Below are positions 1 through 10,500 of a DNA stretch of 27,880 bases, piece after piece. The notes under the pieces were generated by a model. The model was not told the origin of the DNA and made no database searches. It worked only from the letters and a program-made list of their open reading frames with translations. Position 1 is the stretch's first letter; the number at the start of each line of letters is the position of its first letter. Origin of the DNA: Cyanophora paradoxa CCMP329 (Eukaryota; Plantae; Glaucophyta). A program made the translations under genes and the position numbers. The DNA is taken from positions 1 to 27,880 of the forward strand of contig QPMI01000021.1 in assembly GCA_004431415.1 (NCBI GenBank), given 5' to 3'.

Positions 1-46
1 TGCATATGGGTGACCGTCGGACCGTAATCGGGACCCGCGTGAGCAG

Positions 47-1188
47 GCCCCGGGGGCTGGCTCGCCCTCAACAGCGAAGAGGCGGACGCGGTCCTCGCCC
101 GCGCAGCCTCCGCCGAGGCCGTCCCCCCGTCCCTCGGGCCGCTTGCCCTCTGGGAGGTGCGCACGTAAATCGTCTTGTTAATAATTACAATTCTGACTAT
201 AATCACTCACATTCACGTGGACAGGAGTACGAATGTGCCTGTGATGAGATCCGTGCCGATCGATATCGCGAGGTCGATAGTGCCCCCGAGTCTGCACCAG
301 CGCGGCCTGATCATGATTTACATCGTGCGCCTTTCGCGCGCGACAGCCCTTTACCGTAACCCTCCTTCCCCCGTCCCCCCCCCCCCTCCCCCAACGCACC
401 GTTATACATTAACGTTCCCCCCCCCCCCCCTTTCCCCCTTCTCCGTGGCCCCATCCTTTCTCAGCCTCCCCCCCCCCACCCCCCACCCTCCCCTCATCCC
501 TTCCCTCCCCCCGCCCCTCCCTCTTCCCCACCCCACACCCAACGTGAACCCCAACCCCCCAGCCCCCACGTGCACCCATCCCATCCGCCCCTCTTTCCCC
601 CCTCTTCCCCCCCCTCTACCCGCCAGCGCCCCCCCCCCCTCTCCCTCCGGATCCTCGCACGGCGTCACGGTCGCGAGGCGCGGCGCGCAGATCGCGTGCA
701 TCTACATCTGAAGGCCGGCGAAGGAGCTCTACTGCGGGCGCCTTGGTATGATTTTGATGATATCGATTAATATTCATGACCCGACCCCTAAACTTGAAAT
801 ACGAAGATTCGAATTAGAGTGCTGGCGCAGGGATTTCTGGTGTTCAAGAGGCACGCGGCCTTCCTGCTGGCGCCCCCGAGGCGTCGTCGGGCTCTGAATT
901 CAAACCCTCGGCTGAGGGATCCGGCCGCCGGTCGCGTCGCCCACCTCCACCTCCCGGGATCCCTCCTCCAGGTTCGCCATGCCGCGCCGGCCCTCGATAA
1001 TTCGGGAAGGACCTCCTTCCCCTTCCCGTTTATCGTCTTCGAATCCCCCGGCCCTTTCGCTCAATGTCTCGAGTTTCTCGGCAGATCGACGAGGCGGCGG
1101 CGCGGTGCGCCCTCGCCGGGGTCTGCCGCGCTCTCGGCATCCCTTCGACACCACATCCATCGGCTGGCACCTCGTTGTCCGCTCATAG
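47..1188 (+). CDS. 3' exons of the preceding gene copy: unknown-function C-terminal region ending ...ALGIPFDTTSIGWHLVVRS*
   Basis: GT-AG bounded exons at 47-156 (GPGGWLALNSEEADAVLARAASAEAVPPSLGPLALWE), 225-324, 691-745, 831-971 (GFLVFKRHAAFLLAPP...HLHLPGSLLQ) and 1085-1188 (IDEAAARCALAGVCRALGIP...). The frame needs indel correction from the other copies. Confidence 0.6.
357..648. repeat. C-run low-complexity tract inside intron 325-690 (also ~13811-14097 and ~27070-27350)
   Basis: Dense C4-C14 runs between a GTGCGC donor and a CGCAG acceptor. Confidence 0.85.
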
Positions 1189-1532
1189 CGCCAGCGTGCA
1201 CTCGCGATCGCACGTCGCCGGCGCCGCGGTCACTGCACATGTACATAGAGATTCTTTTCGAATCATTGAATTCTATTTCGAATTCAGGCTATAAGTGCCT
1301 CTTTCCCGCCGAATGGCTTCCGGGATCCTTTTCTGGCAGGCATTGAATCGTAAATTCGACGGGTATAGGTCACGTGTTTCGCAGCTGCGTTTCGATTCAT
1401 TAAATTGCGGTTGTTCGATTGCATGGTTTCAAATTCGAAGCCAGTGCATATTATGTCTTTTAAATTATTTAATACGGTAGGTATTATTGGCATTGTTTTG
1501 TAGCAGTTAGTGCTCTTTGAAACGAGCTCGAA

Positions 1533-4500
1533 ATGCTACACGCCGCAAACCCAGTCAAGGTTCACAGCGCCGCGGCGCGCTGAAAACTTTTGCAGCGCCG
1601 AGCGGTCCCCAGGGTTCCTCGAGCCTGGGGCTCCCAGCCCCCTCCCCCCCCCCCCCCCCCCGGCCCCCGTTAAGCTCCCCCCCCCCCCCCTTTCCCCCTC
1701 TCCATCCCCTCACCCTCCCCCCCCCCCTTCCCCCACCTACCCCCCTTTCCTTCCCGCGCGCGCACCTTTCGCAGCTCATGATCAAGAAGCTCAAGATCCA
1801 GCTAGAGCACTATCTATCGATATCCGCACTAGTACTGGCATAGAGTCCTTACAATTTTTGCAAGTGAATACGTATACTCGGGAAATTAAACTTGGGGGAG
1901 CTAGAACCAAATGCAAATGTAGGCTGGGGTCTGACGGTCTTTAGCTATACGTATACGCGCTATACGGGGGCCTCGCGATCGGAGTAGAGAGATGATTGGG
2001 GCCGGGGGGAAATCGAGCTAAAGGAGAATTCGGAACCGCATAGCTAGCTCGCGAGCGCCCCAGGAGAACGTGCAAGACACGTACGCCTTCCAGCCGCAAG
2101 CGCGGACCGCGAATGTGCGCGGAGACGGCGCGCCCGCCCGCGAGGCTCGCGTCGTGCGTCCTCCCGATCTTCATTCTGCTTCTGATCGCCTGTTGCGTGG
2201 TGCGAATGGCGCCGGCCCCCCGGCGCGCGCGCGCGCGCTTGCCCGCCCGATCGATCGCGATCGGCCGCGGGGCCCGGGCCTGCCGCCGTGCGGGCCGGCC
2301 CGACTTTCGCGCCAGATCATTTCGGTCCTGGCGTCGACGTACGCGTCGCGGCTGGGCTCGAAGCTGGTGATCAGTATTTGGAGGTGCAAAATCGCACATC
2401 GCCGCATCGCCGCGCGCGCTCCTCTGGAGCTTCGCTTCGCCCTGACGAGATCATTTCGCGGGCAGCAAGTCGTGCACGACATCGACCAGCGATGGACGCT
2501 CTCTCGAGGCTTGGCGGAGAGAGCCTCGATCCGAGCACGCGCCCCGAATTCTGCAGCAGCTCGGGAACAAAAAGCCAACATCTGACGACTTTCCGCTGCT
2601 ATAGCTAGCGGATATTGGTTTGGATCTGCTTTCCGAGGCCGGCGGCCACGACCTTCAAACTTTCTCGGCGCGCATACCCTTCTCGCGCCGGGCCGGGCAC
2701 TGCAGCTGGCGAAGGCCGCGGTCTAACTGTGATCAAATCTTTGCAGATCGTTCTTCCAAACAGGAAACGTTGATTGTCAGAAGGGAGCCCGAATCGTTTC
2801 TGGAAGCATTTCCTGACGCGCTGTATCCTGCTTCGCTCGTTCAGTACCGCATCAACGACCGGGCTCTAGGGCTTTCGGTCGCATCATTGTAAGGATATTT
2901 AGTTATATTTACTTTAGTTTCACTGTCGAAATCTTAAGCTTCGTTCTAATCGATGTTCACTCCAGCTGAATCAGAGCCTTTCCTACCTGAACAAAAGTAA
3001 CGGGCAGTGGATTGTCGCCAAGAGATCAGATACTCAATTGTGGATAACAGGTACGGTGTGCATGCGCAATCAATTCGACAGTCCCAAGCGTTCCGGGGTA
3101 TTACTAGGTCTCGACTCGCCCCCGCCCCCGCTCGTCTCAGGAGGTGCAAGGTGGGGTCTAAAGTAGGGACGCTGACAGAATACAACAACTAAGTATCTTC
3201 AACGTAGTAATCATTTGAATGCTCAGCGACTATCTATACAACTAAGTATAATGCTAGCTATAGGCGTAGGCGGCTAGGCTGGGCCTGCGCGCGGCCGCCC
3301 ACCGTGCCTCGCCCCGCCCGGCGGACCGCACCGCCGCCCGCACCTCGCCCCGCGCGCCAGTGCCCGGAGAGCTGCGCCGACGCCCCGCTCGCCGCGCGCG
3401 CCTTCGCCCCGCGCGGCCCCCGCGCCCGAGCCGCGCCGCCGCCACCGCGCCCCCGTCCGCCTGCCGAGCGCGCCGCCGCCTGCCGCGCAGCTGAGCTGCC
3501 GAGCGCGCGTCGCGCCTCCGATGCTCCGTCCCGCTTGGCGAGCCGCATGGCGCCGGCCTCGCGTCGCGCAGCCGGCCGCTGCGCACTCCCGCTCGCCGCG
3601 CCTGGGCCGGGTTAGCCGAGCATGCGCAGCGGAGGGCGACATGTCAGCTAGGGCCGCGCGGGCCAGGCGCGGGGACGTCGGACACGGGAGCTCGAGGGCG
3701 TGGCGCGCGCGGCTCGCGCGCCGGCAGAGCGGAGCGCGCGCGCGCGGCGCGACGCGGCGCGCGCGACTCGGCGTCGAGTCGGCGATTATGCTTAGCTGCA
3801 CTCTGCAAGCAGTGCATGCTGCCGCAGTGCAGTGCAGCTGCAGGCTGGCACATCGCGGTTGCGTGGGCGGCAACTACCGTAGTAGTACGCCGGCAAGTGC
3901 AAGTCGTCGGCGCCGCAGCGGCGGCGACAAGGAGCCTTGCGCGGGATACAGCAAAAAGAGACGTCCGGCGGCGCCGGCCTTATCCACAGCGGGGTACCAC
4001 AAAAAGACTTATCGCCGACGGAAAGAAGACCGACTTGCGAACTGGCCGACTTGGACAGCGTGACAGACAATCCGACGGGTAGCAAGGGGGGTTTGAGCAG
4101 CTGCACAGCGGTTCAAGAACCGGGAAGAAATTCCAGTGGAAAACCTCCGCAAGTACCGTGAAAAAACTCGAAGGGACCTCGAAAGTACAAAGCGGGGTAG
4201 AGGCAGCTAAGGTACCGAGTTACTTCCGGCACCGAAACCAGGATCGCCACCAAAACAGCGTCGGCCCGAAGTCTCGTCCGAGGCCGTAGCTAGGCGCTCC
4301 CGCTGCAGCAATGGAGTCATATCGATCAATACAGGTGTCGCTGATGCCAAGCGCGCGCCCCCGAAGCGATTCAGGTGCAGTCCGAGCGAACTGCGTCGTC
4401 CCACTCGTTTGACGCACTCCAAACAGCAGCCAGGTCGCCGGAGAGTACAGGCAGTCCGAATGTGGGCTAATGGCTGTCGAGCAGCGCAGGCAGGTGCTGT

Positions 4501-7500
4501 TTTTCAAAGTTGCCGCTAACGGTCACATTGCACTGAGCCAATTCCGGCCGCAGGCAAGCGCTCCTACTGGCTGAAACGCATCTAATGACACTGTACAGCA
4601 GGCCAGAGTGCTGCGCCGCTGCCGCCGCTGCCGATTAGGTGTGGTGCTGTCGCCGCCGCCGCCGCCCCACTGTTTTAACGAAGCGCAGATCATGCAGACC
4701 AGCTGACATGCAAGCCGTGTCGTCGGTAGAAGCAGATTCTGTCTTCTTGGCCGCCCGCCTTCATGGTCCGCCGCCCGCTTGCATGCTCTTGACCGTCCGA
4801 CTGACGCATGGCCTGCACCGATTGCAGCGCGCACGGCTGGCGGCGGCTATAGCAGAGCTTTCTGAGCGGTGCAGCAATGCCGCGGTCCGTTCGGTTTCCT
4901 TTTTCCGGTTGTCCGCTCTGTCTCCGCCTGCTGACTATGATCGTACGCAGCCAGACGGTGCTGTGCCAGTGCTGTTCTGATGATTTAGAAGCGGTTGTGC
5001 TGTTTCGGCGGAGCTGCTGCATCGACGAGCAGCCCGGCCGCCTCGATCCGCCGGCCGGCCGGCCGGCGCTTCCTCGAACCCTGCCGCTTCTAGCTGAGCT
5101 GCTTGCCTTGCTTAGCTGCTTGAGAGCGTGGCTTTCAGTATCACTGGAGTGCAACTACCGCAGCCAGGCCGCTCTAGATCTGCTGCCATTTGGCAGGTCG
5201 CGTCCTGCTCAAAACACAGCTTTCTTTCTGTGTGGGCGCTGTTCGCCTAGCGTAGGATTCTGTGATCTGTTCGTGTTTTAGCGACGAACACACTCTCACA
5301 TCCAGTCTCAGCTCGCAGCTTGGGGCTTGGTTTGTTCTTTTGGCATCATGATCAGGGCTCTTGCATCCTGGCACGCGTACGTGTACTGCAGCAGTCTGAG
5401 CACGCGTATGAGCATTTTATAGCTTGCCGAGCCTTGGGGCACGCGGCGCCGCGCCCAGCAAGCCGAGGAAGCTGGTCCGCGGGCCGGCACCCCGTCACTG
5501 CGCACGCCGTCATTCAATGCCTGGTCCGTGCGAGCCCTCCGAGGGCTTGCATTGAAGAGAGAACTCACTTTGACAGCGCGCGAATGCTCCGGGGATGAGC
5601 TCCGCGATGTTCCCTTGAAGCGCGACGCGCTGATCCAGTGACTCAGTGACATGAGGTGCGGGTAAGCGAGTTCGGGACGTGGAAGCTGCAGGCGAGCTGT
5701 ATATGGCCTTATTTAATGATATCATGCTTAGTTATAGCTGCCGCCACTGGGCCACACTTGCCAAGTTGCCAACTTCTTGACCTTCTTCCATTCCGGAATG
5801 ACGGGTCAGTTTCTAGCAAGTCAGCCAGGCTGTTTTGAAATATTTTGAAGCGGTTTTTTGGCAAGTCTTCGGAGGCGGCGCGCGCGCTTCCGCCGGGTGC
5901 TTCTATGCAATATAGGGCGTAACTGATGTATTTTGGAGCTTTATAGGTCGCTGGGGCCGCGCGCGACCCTCGGCCTCCTGGCATTGGCACTGTCACGCCT
6001 GGGAGCCAGAACGGTTTTCAGAGCCAAACAAGGAAATGCGGTGCGTGCGCTTCAAAATACATCGTAATTGCACTATACTATGATAATAAAACTGTAAAAG
6101 CCCTAAAAGTGCCTGTCGCCGCGCCCGGCCGCGCCTCCGCCGCGCCGCTCCGCGCCGCACCGCGCCGCCCACACCGCCGGGCGGCCGCCAGCGCCGCCCC
6201 ACGCCGCCGGGCGGCCGCCCCGAGCCGCCCCGCGCGCCCCGCGCAGTTCCGCGCCGCCAGCGCCGCCGGGCGTAGCTCCGCGCCGCCCACGCCGCCGGGC
6301 GGCCGCCAGCGCCGCCCCACGCCGCCGGGCGGCCGCCCTGCGCCGCCCGCGCCGCCCCGCGCAGCTCCGCGCCGCCCCGCGCCGCCCACGCCGCCGGGCG
6401 GCCGCCAGCGCCGCCCCACGCCGCCGGGCGGCCGCCCCGCGCCGCCCCGCGCCGCCGCGCCGCCCCACGCCGCCGGCGGCCGCCCCGCCCGCCCCGGGCC
6501 GCCCCGCGCAGCTCCGCGCCGCCCACGCCGCCGGGCGGCCGCCCCGCGCCGCCCCGCGCAGCTCCGCGCCGCCCCACGCCGCCGGGCGGCCGCCCCGCCC
6601 GCCCCCGGCCGAGCCGCGCCGCCTGGCGGCCGCCCCGCGCCGCCCCGCGCCGCCCGCGCCGCTCCGCGCAGCTCCGCGCCGCCCCACGCCGCCGGGCGGC
6701 CGCCAGCGCCGCCCCACGCCGCCGGGCGGCCGCCCCGCGCCGCCCCGCGCAGCTCCGCGCCGCCCCACGCTGCCGGGCGGCCGCCAGCGCCGCCCACGCC
6801 GCCGGGCGGCCGCCCCGCGCCGCCCCACGCCGCCGGGCGGCCGCCCGCGCCGCCCCGCGCCGCCCCGCGCCGCCCGCGCCTGCGCTGCCAAGGTGGCATC
6901 AGAGGTGGCATATACGACGCGGCGGGACAGGGCGAGGCGAGGCATCACGCCTCCAGCCCCTGCAGTGCAAAGGACATCCAGGTTGTGCCATCTAGATCAG
7001 CGCGTGGAAAGCAAGCGATCGCGCCTCACTCGTGCCGGCGACCGGAAGACGCGCCGCGCCGTGCCTCTTCTATCCGCCGGAAGTGTTCTTGTATGTCCTC
7101 TTGCATGACTGGTCATCCTATGGACAGCTGCTGCGGCGCGGGGGTTAGCGCGATGCGGGCGCGCGGCGGTGAGCATGAGGCGGGGCATGCGGCATCTGCG
7201 AACGAGCGAACTGACTTGTCGTTAAACGTTGATCACGTCCAGCCGCTGTGAACGAGACGAACGAGGGCGAGTGCGCCCCCGGTTCCGCGCGCTTCGCGCT
7301 CTTCTGCCAGGCTGGCGCGTTGCTCCGCTTGCTGCTAAAAGTACTAGTACTAGTCTGCTGCTGCGACCGTCGGACATGCCGCAGTGCAGCCGCATGCGCA
7401 TACGGCTGGCCAGCCGGCCTTCAGCTCTTCCGTCCGCCGCGCGCGCGGCCTTAAGCTTGTTGGCCTCCGCGCGCCAAGTCCAGTTTTTTTCGGGTTCGCG

Positions 7501-10500
7501 ATCGCGTGGCGATCGAATGGCGATCAGCATACCGGGAAAAAAGAAAATTTTTATCCGACAATCGATGATTCCATCCCGACAACCCCACGGAGTTTGACAC
7601 GCTGATCACAATGATGCTAACCGCACGTCCTGCAAAAATCGCTGTGGTGCTATATAAATCGCCGAAGGATTCCTGCCTTCGCAGCGGCGATTTATTCCCG
7701 GGGTCCAACTTGGGGTTAGACTTGGGATACGTAATTGTTTTTGCATTTTTTTCGACTCGGCGTTGACGTCAATTTGACGGTTCGACGGTTTTTGGCTCCT
7801 AGACTCGGCTCTTTCTGCAGCTGGTAAGTGCGCGCGGGTGGAAATTCTTCACGGTTCTTGAACCGCTGTGCTGACCCCCCCTTGCAAATATTTCTTCTGG
7901 GCTTTTTTTTTTTGAGAGACTACGGTGGGCGAACCCCCGTAGGTAGTGATATTAAAGACAACAAAGCAATCACAAATCAAAGATACAGTAAACTAGCACA
8001 AAATATATACAGAATCAAGAGGGATCACGAGAAAGGACACGATCAGAAGAACGCAAAAGATAAGGAGAACGAGCACGAGGAGAAGGAGTAGAAGAGCTCA
8101 AGGGCGTCGATGCAGAAGTACTAGTCACACTAGAACGACGAGGAGCACGGGACGCAGCAAATAAGGAGAACGAGCACGAGGAACTACAGTCGAAGACGAA
8201 GATCTAGACGAAGACGACAAGACAGAGCTAACAGCAGAACTAGAAGACGTAGTCGCAGGAGGCAAAGGCGGTAGAACAGTAGGAGAGGCGAAACGTAGGA
8301 CACCACTAGAGGGGAAAGTCGAAGCTGGCGGAGTGTCTAAACGGAATCGAGATTGTAGAGTTGGTAAAACAATGGACGGCTGAAGACTAATCTGAGGAAC
8401 TGGGGACGACACGAGGAAAGGGGCAGAGCTCGGGTGCAGACTCGGAATCGGCAGTATAAGAGGAGGGGCGAAACGCAAGCCAGTAGTGACAGGGAAGGCA
8501 GACGATGGGCTGAACCAGGCGGGAGAGGCAAATATAGCGAAGTAGAAGAGAGAGAAGGGTACACACGAGGAAACGTGTATTTCAGGAAATTAAAAAGTAA
8601 TATATCGCCTGTCTGAAACTCAGTCTCTAGATCTGCCGGTGCACGCTTGCGCAATATATAATAATGCATATTTGGTTCAGGATTGTTACGTTTCGCGATA
8701 ATTGACCGTACGCGTTGCGCATGCGCAGTTCTGGAGCCCCACCTTTCCAGTCCGCAATTGATGATTCGCTGAGCGCGTATATTGAACCGCGTTGGTGCGA
8801 ATATTCATGCTCGTGAAATTCGCAGCTCGGCTCCAGCTTCGGCCCTCGATGCACTTCACGCGGGTCACTCCACTCTACGGGAACGCGCGCCTCACTGCGG
8901 CCCTGGACGGGATCCCGGAGCGGCCTCCGACAGCTTGCCCCCGGAGGCGATTCCTCAGGCCACCACCGCTCCTCCTTTCTCTGATTTTCTTGGAACGGCA
9001 TGCAACGCTCCCTCGACTAGATTGCAACTTTTGAAGACACTCGATCGCAATTCGGGCTCAATTGCAGAATTCGCAGATCGGGATCGGAATCCGCGGCGTC
9101 AATGAATACGTGGACACGCTCTCCGTTGCAGGCAACGGTAAGAGGCCGCTGCATTAATATTTGCGCGAAGAATTCCAGCATTTATGCACATGCAGGATTC
9201 GCGGTGTTGGTCGCGAACGACGCCACGGGGATTTCCCGGCCCGTCTCTGCAAACGTGATTTCAGCGTTAACAATTCCCGGAGCGCATTCGAAATTGCGCA
9301 CTGAAGCCGACTCTTTAGCCCTGGGAGGTGCTGCGGGTCGTGCCGTGGACGTCCGCCACCGGCGAGAACGTCCAGTTCGTCCCGAACAGCGAGATCCGCA
9401 ACCCGAGGCTCCGGGCGCGTCCCTTTAATTTGCTTGAAGATGACTTCGCCTTCAGCTCTCGATCTGCCGTGGCTCGCAGTTCGTGATTGAAACTGTGAGC
9501 AGGTCTTTATATATGGAGACCGTCCCGCAGGACCTCTCTGAATTCCCGAAGCTCACCCAAAAGCTGTCTCCGACGATCAACACCGCCCCCGCGCCGACGG
9601 GGCTGCCCTCCCCCGCCACCCCTGTCAACTACACTCAGGTCTGACTGCAAGTTCAGTTTTGCGGAGCAGTCAGTTTAATTGAATTTCCGTAATCGCAAAT
9701 CCCACGCTGTTTGCCTTCGCTTGCAGGGGTTCAATTTCATGGTGGGAGGCGAGGAGTACGTGAGCCGCATCCGGAAGCTGGCGGGCCTGCCGACCGAGCG
9801 CGCCAACGAGACCTGCACCTCGTCGTCGGCCTCGCGGCCCCGCAAACAGTACCCGCGCTTTATTTTCGGTCGTCGAATTTCGCGCGGAAATTCGTCCTCG
9901 CGTTGAGCGCATGCGCTCGTGCGCGCGCGCGGTAGGTCTTCTCGAGGAAGTCACGGCACTGCGCCTTTCTTCTATCATCGTTTCCTGCGTCTGCGGGGGC
10001 TAGCGCTGCTGCTCGGCCTTGCCGTAATTTTCGAGGTTGTATTTATATGCATTGCTTCAATTTTCGCATGCGCGCCGACTTTAATACACGCGCGCATGCG
10101 CTAACTCTGATTCTTCAGGTTCTGCGATCGATGAGAAATTTTCGAAAGGAGCTGGACAAAATGGCGTTCTTCAGCCTCGAACCGAACGGAGGCGCCCGAG
10201 GCCGCCGGCGCAGGCGGGGAGGGGACCGGGGCCGGGGCCCGGGCTCGCCCTGGCTCGCGGCCGACTGGCCGTGGGCGGGGCCGCGGCCGCTTCCGGTCGG
10301 CCCTCTCGGAGCTGGACGAGGTGGGCGCGGCGCTGGCAAAGGCGCGGCAGGCCGTCTCGGTGCTGGAGCGCGTCGCCGACGCCCTCGTCGTTACCGACCG
10401 CGACGGTGATCATGAGCCTAGGCATCACGCCCCGCCGCGGGCGCTAGCGATCGATCGCGAGCGCGTACTATTAATCGCGTACTAGGTTTTGCGCATTCAT

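Larger units (their letters stand above)
3151..8630 (+). other. ~5.5-kb intron (or interruption) expanded by nested mobile elements
   Basis: GT at 3151 follows microexon GAGGTGCAAG; candidate AG acceptors at 8623 and 8630. Kinase exons resume at ~8624-8638, 8681-8689 and 8729. Most other introns are ~55-130 nt. Confidence 0.65.

Noticed and set aside
253-280. 28-nt GT-AG mini-intron giving LPPSLHQRGLIMIYI
   Set aside because: Far shorter than the other introns, and an intron-free reading keeps frame through the next two junctions in copy 2; unresolved without cDNA.
175-711. Proline-rich extensin-like ORFs (also 1510-1944)
   Set aside because: They are translations of intronic C runs bounded by splice signals.
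2888-2910. TGTAAGG as an LTR start
   Set aside because: Better explained as the splice donor ATT|GTAAGG, in frame with the next exon LNQSLSYLNKSNG; no matching LTR or TSD.
4104-4135. RAG/Transib transposon suggested by the RSS-like heptamer
   Set aside because: TSD is 3 bp rather than 5 bp; no nonamer or RAG1-like coding sequence seen.
4207-5996. Transposase or cargo gene inside the TIR element (e.g. - strand ORFs 5308-5652 and 4690-5154)
   Set aside because: No DDE or other recognisable motif, and no convincing exon chain could be built by eye.
6117-6880. CRISPR-like array
   Set aside because: No unique spacers, no cas genes, and a eukaryotic context.
5993-7251. Long ORFs of 194-380 aa (R/G/A/P-rich) on both strands, also at 3254-4063 and in copy 2
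   Set aside because: They arise from stop-poor GC minisatellite or GC-rich DNA; frames are not preserved between copies and there are no domain motifs.
7903-7942. Rho-independent terminator
   Set aside because: The T run precedes the hairpin on + (poly(A) follows it on -), and the DNA is eukaryotic.
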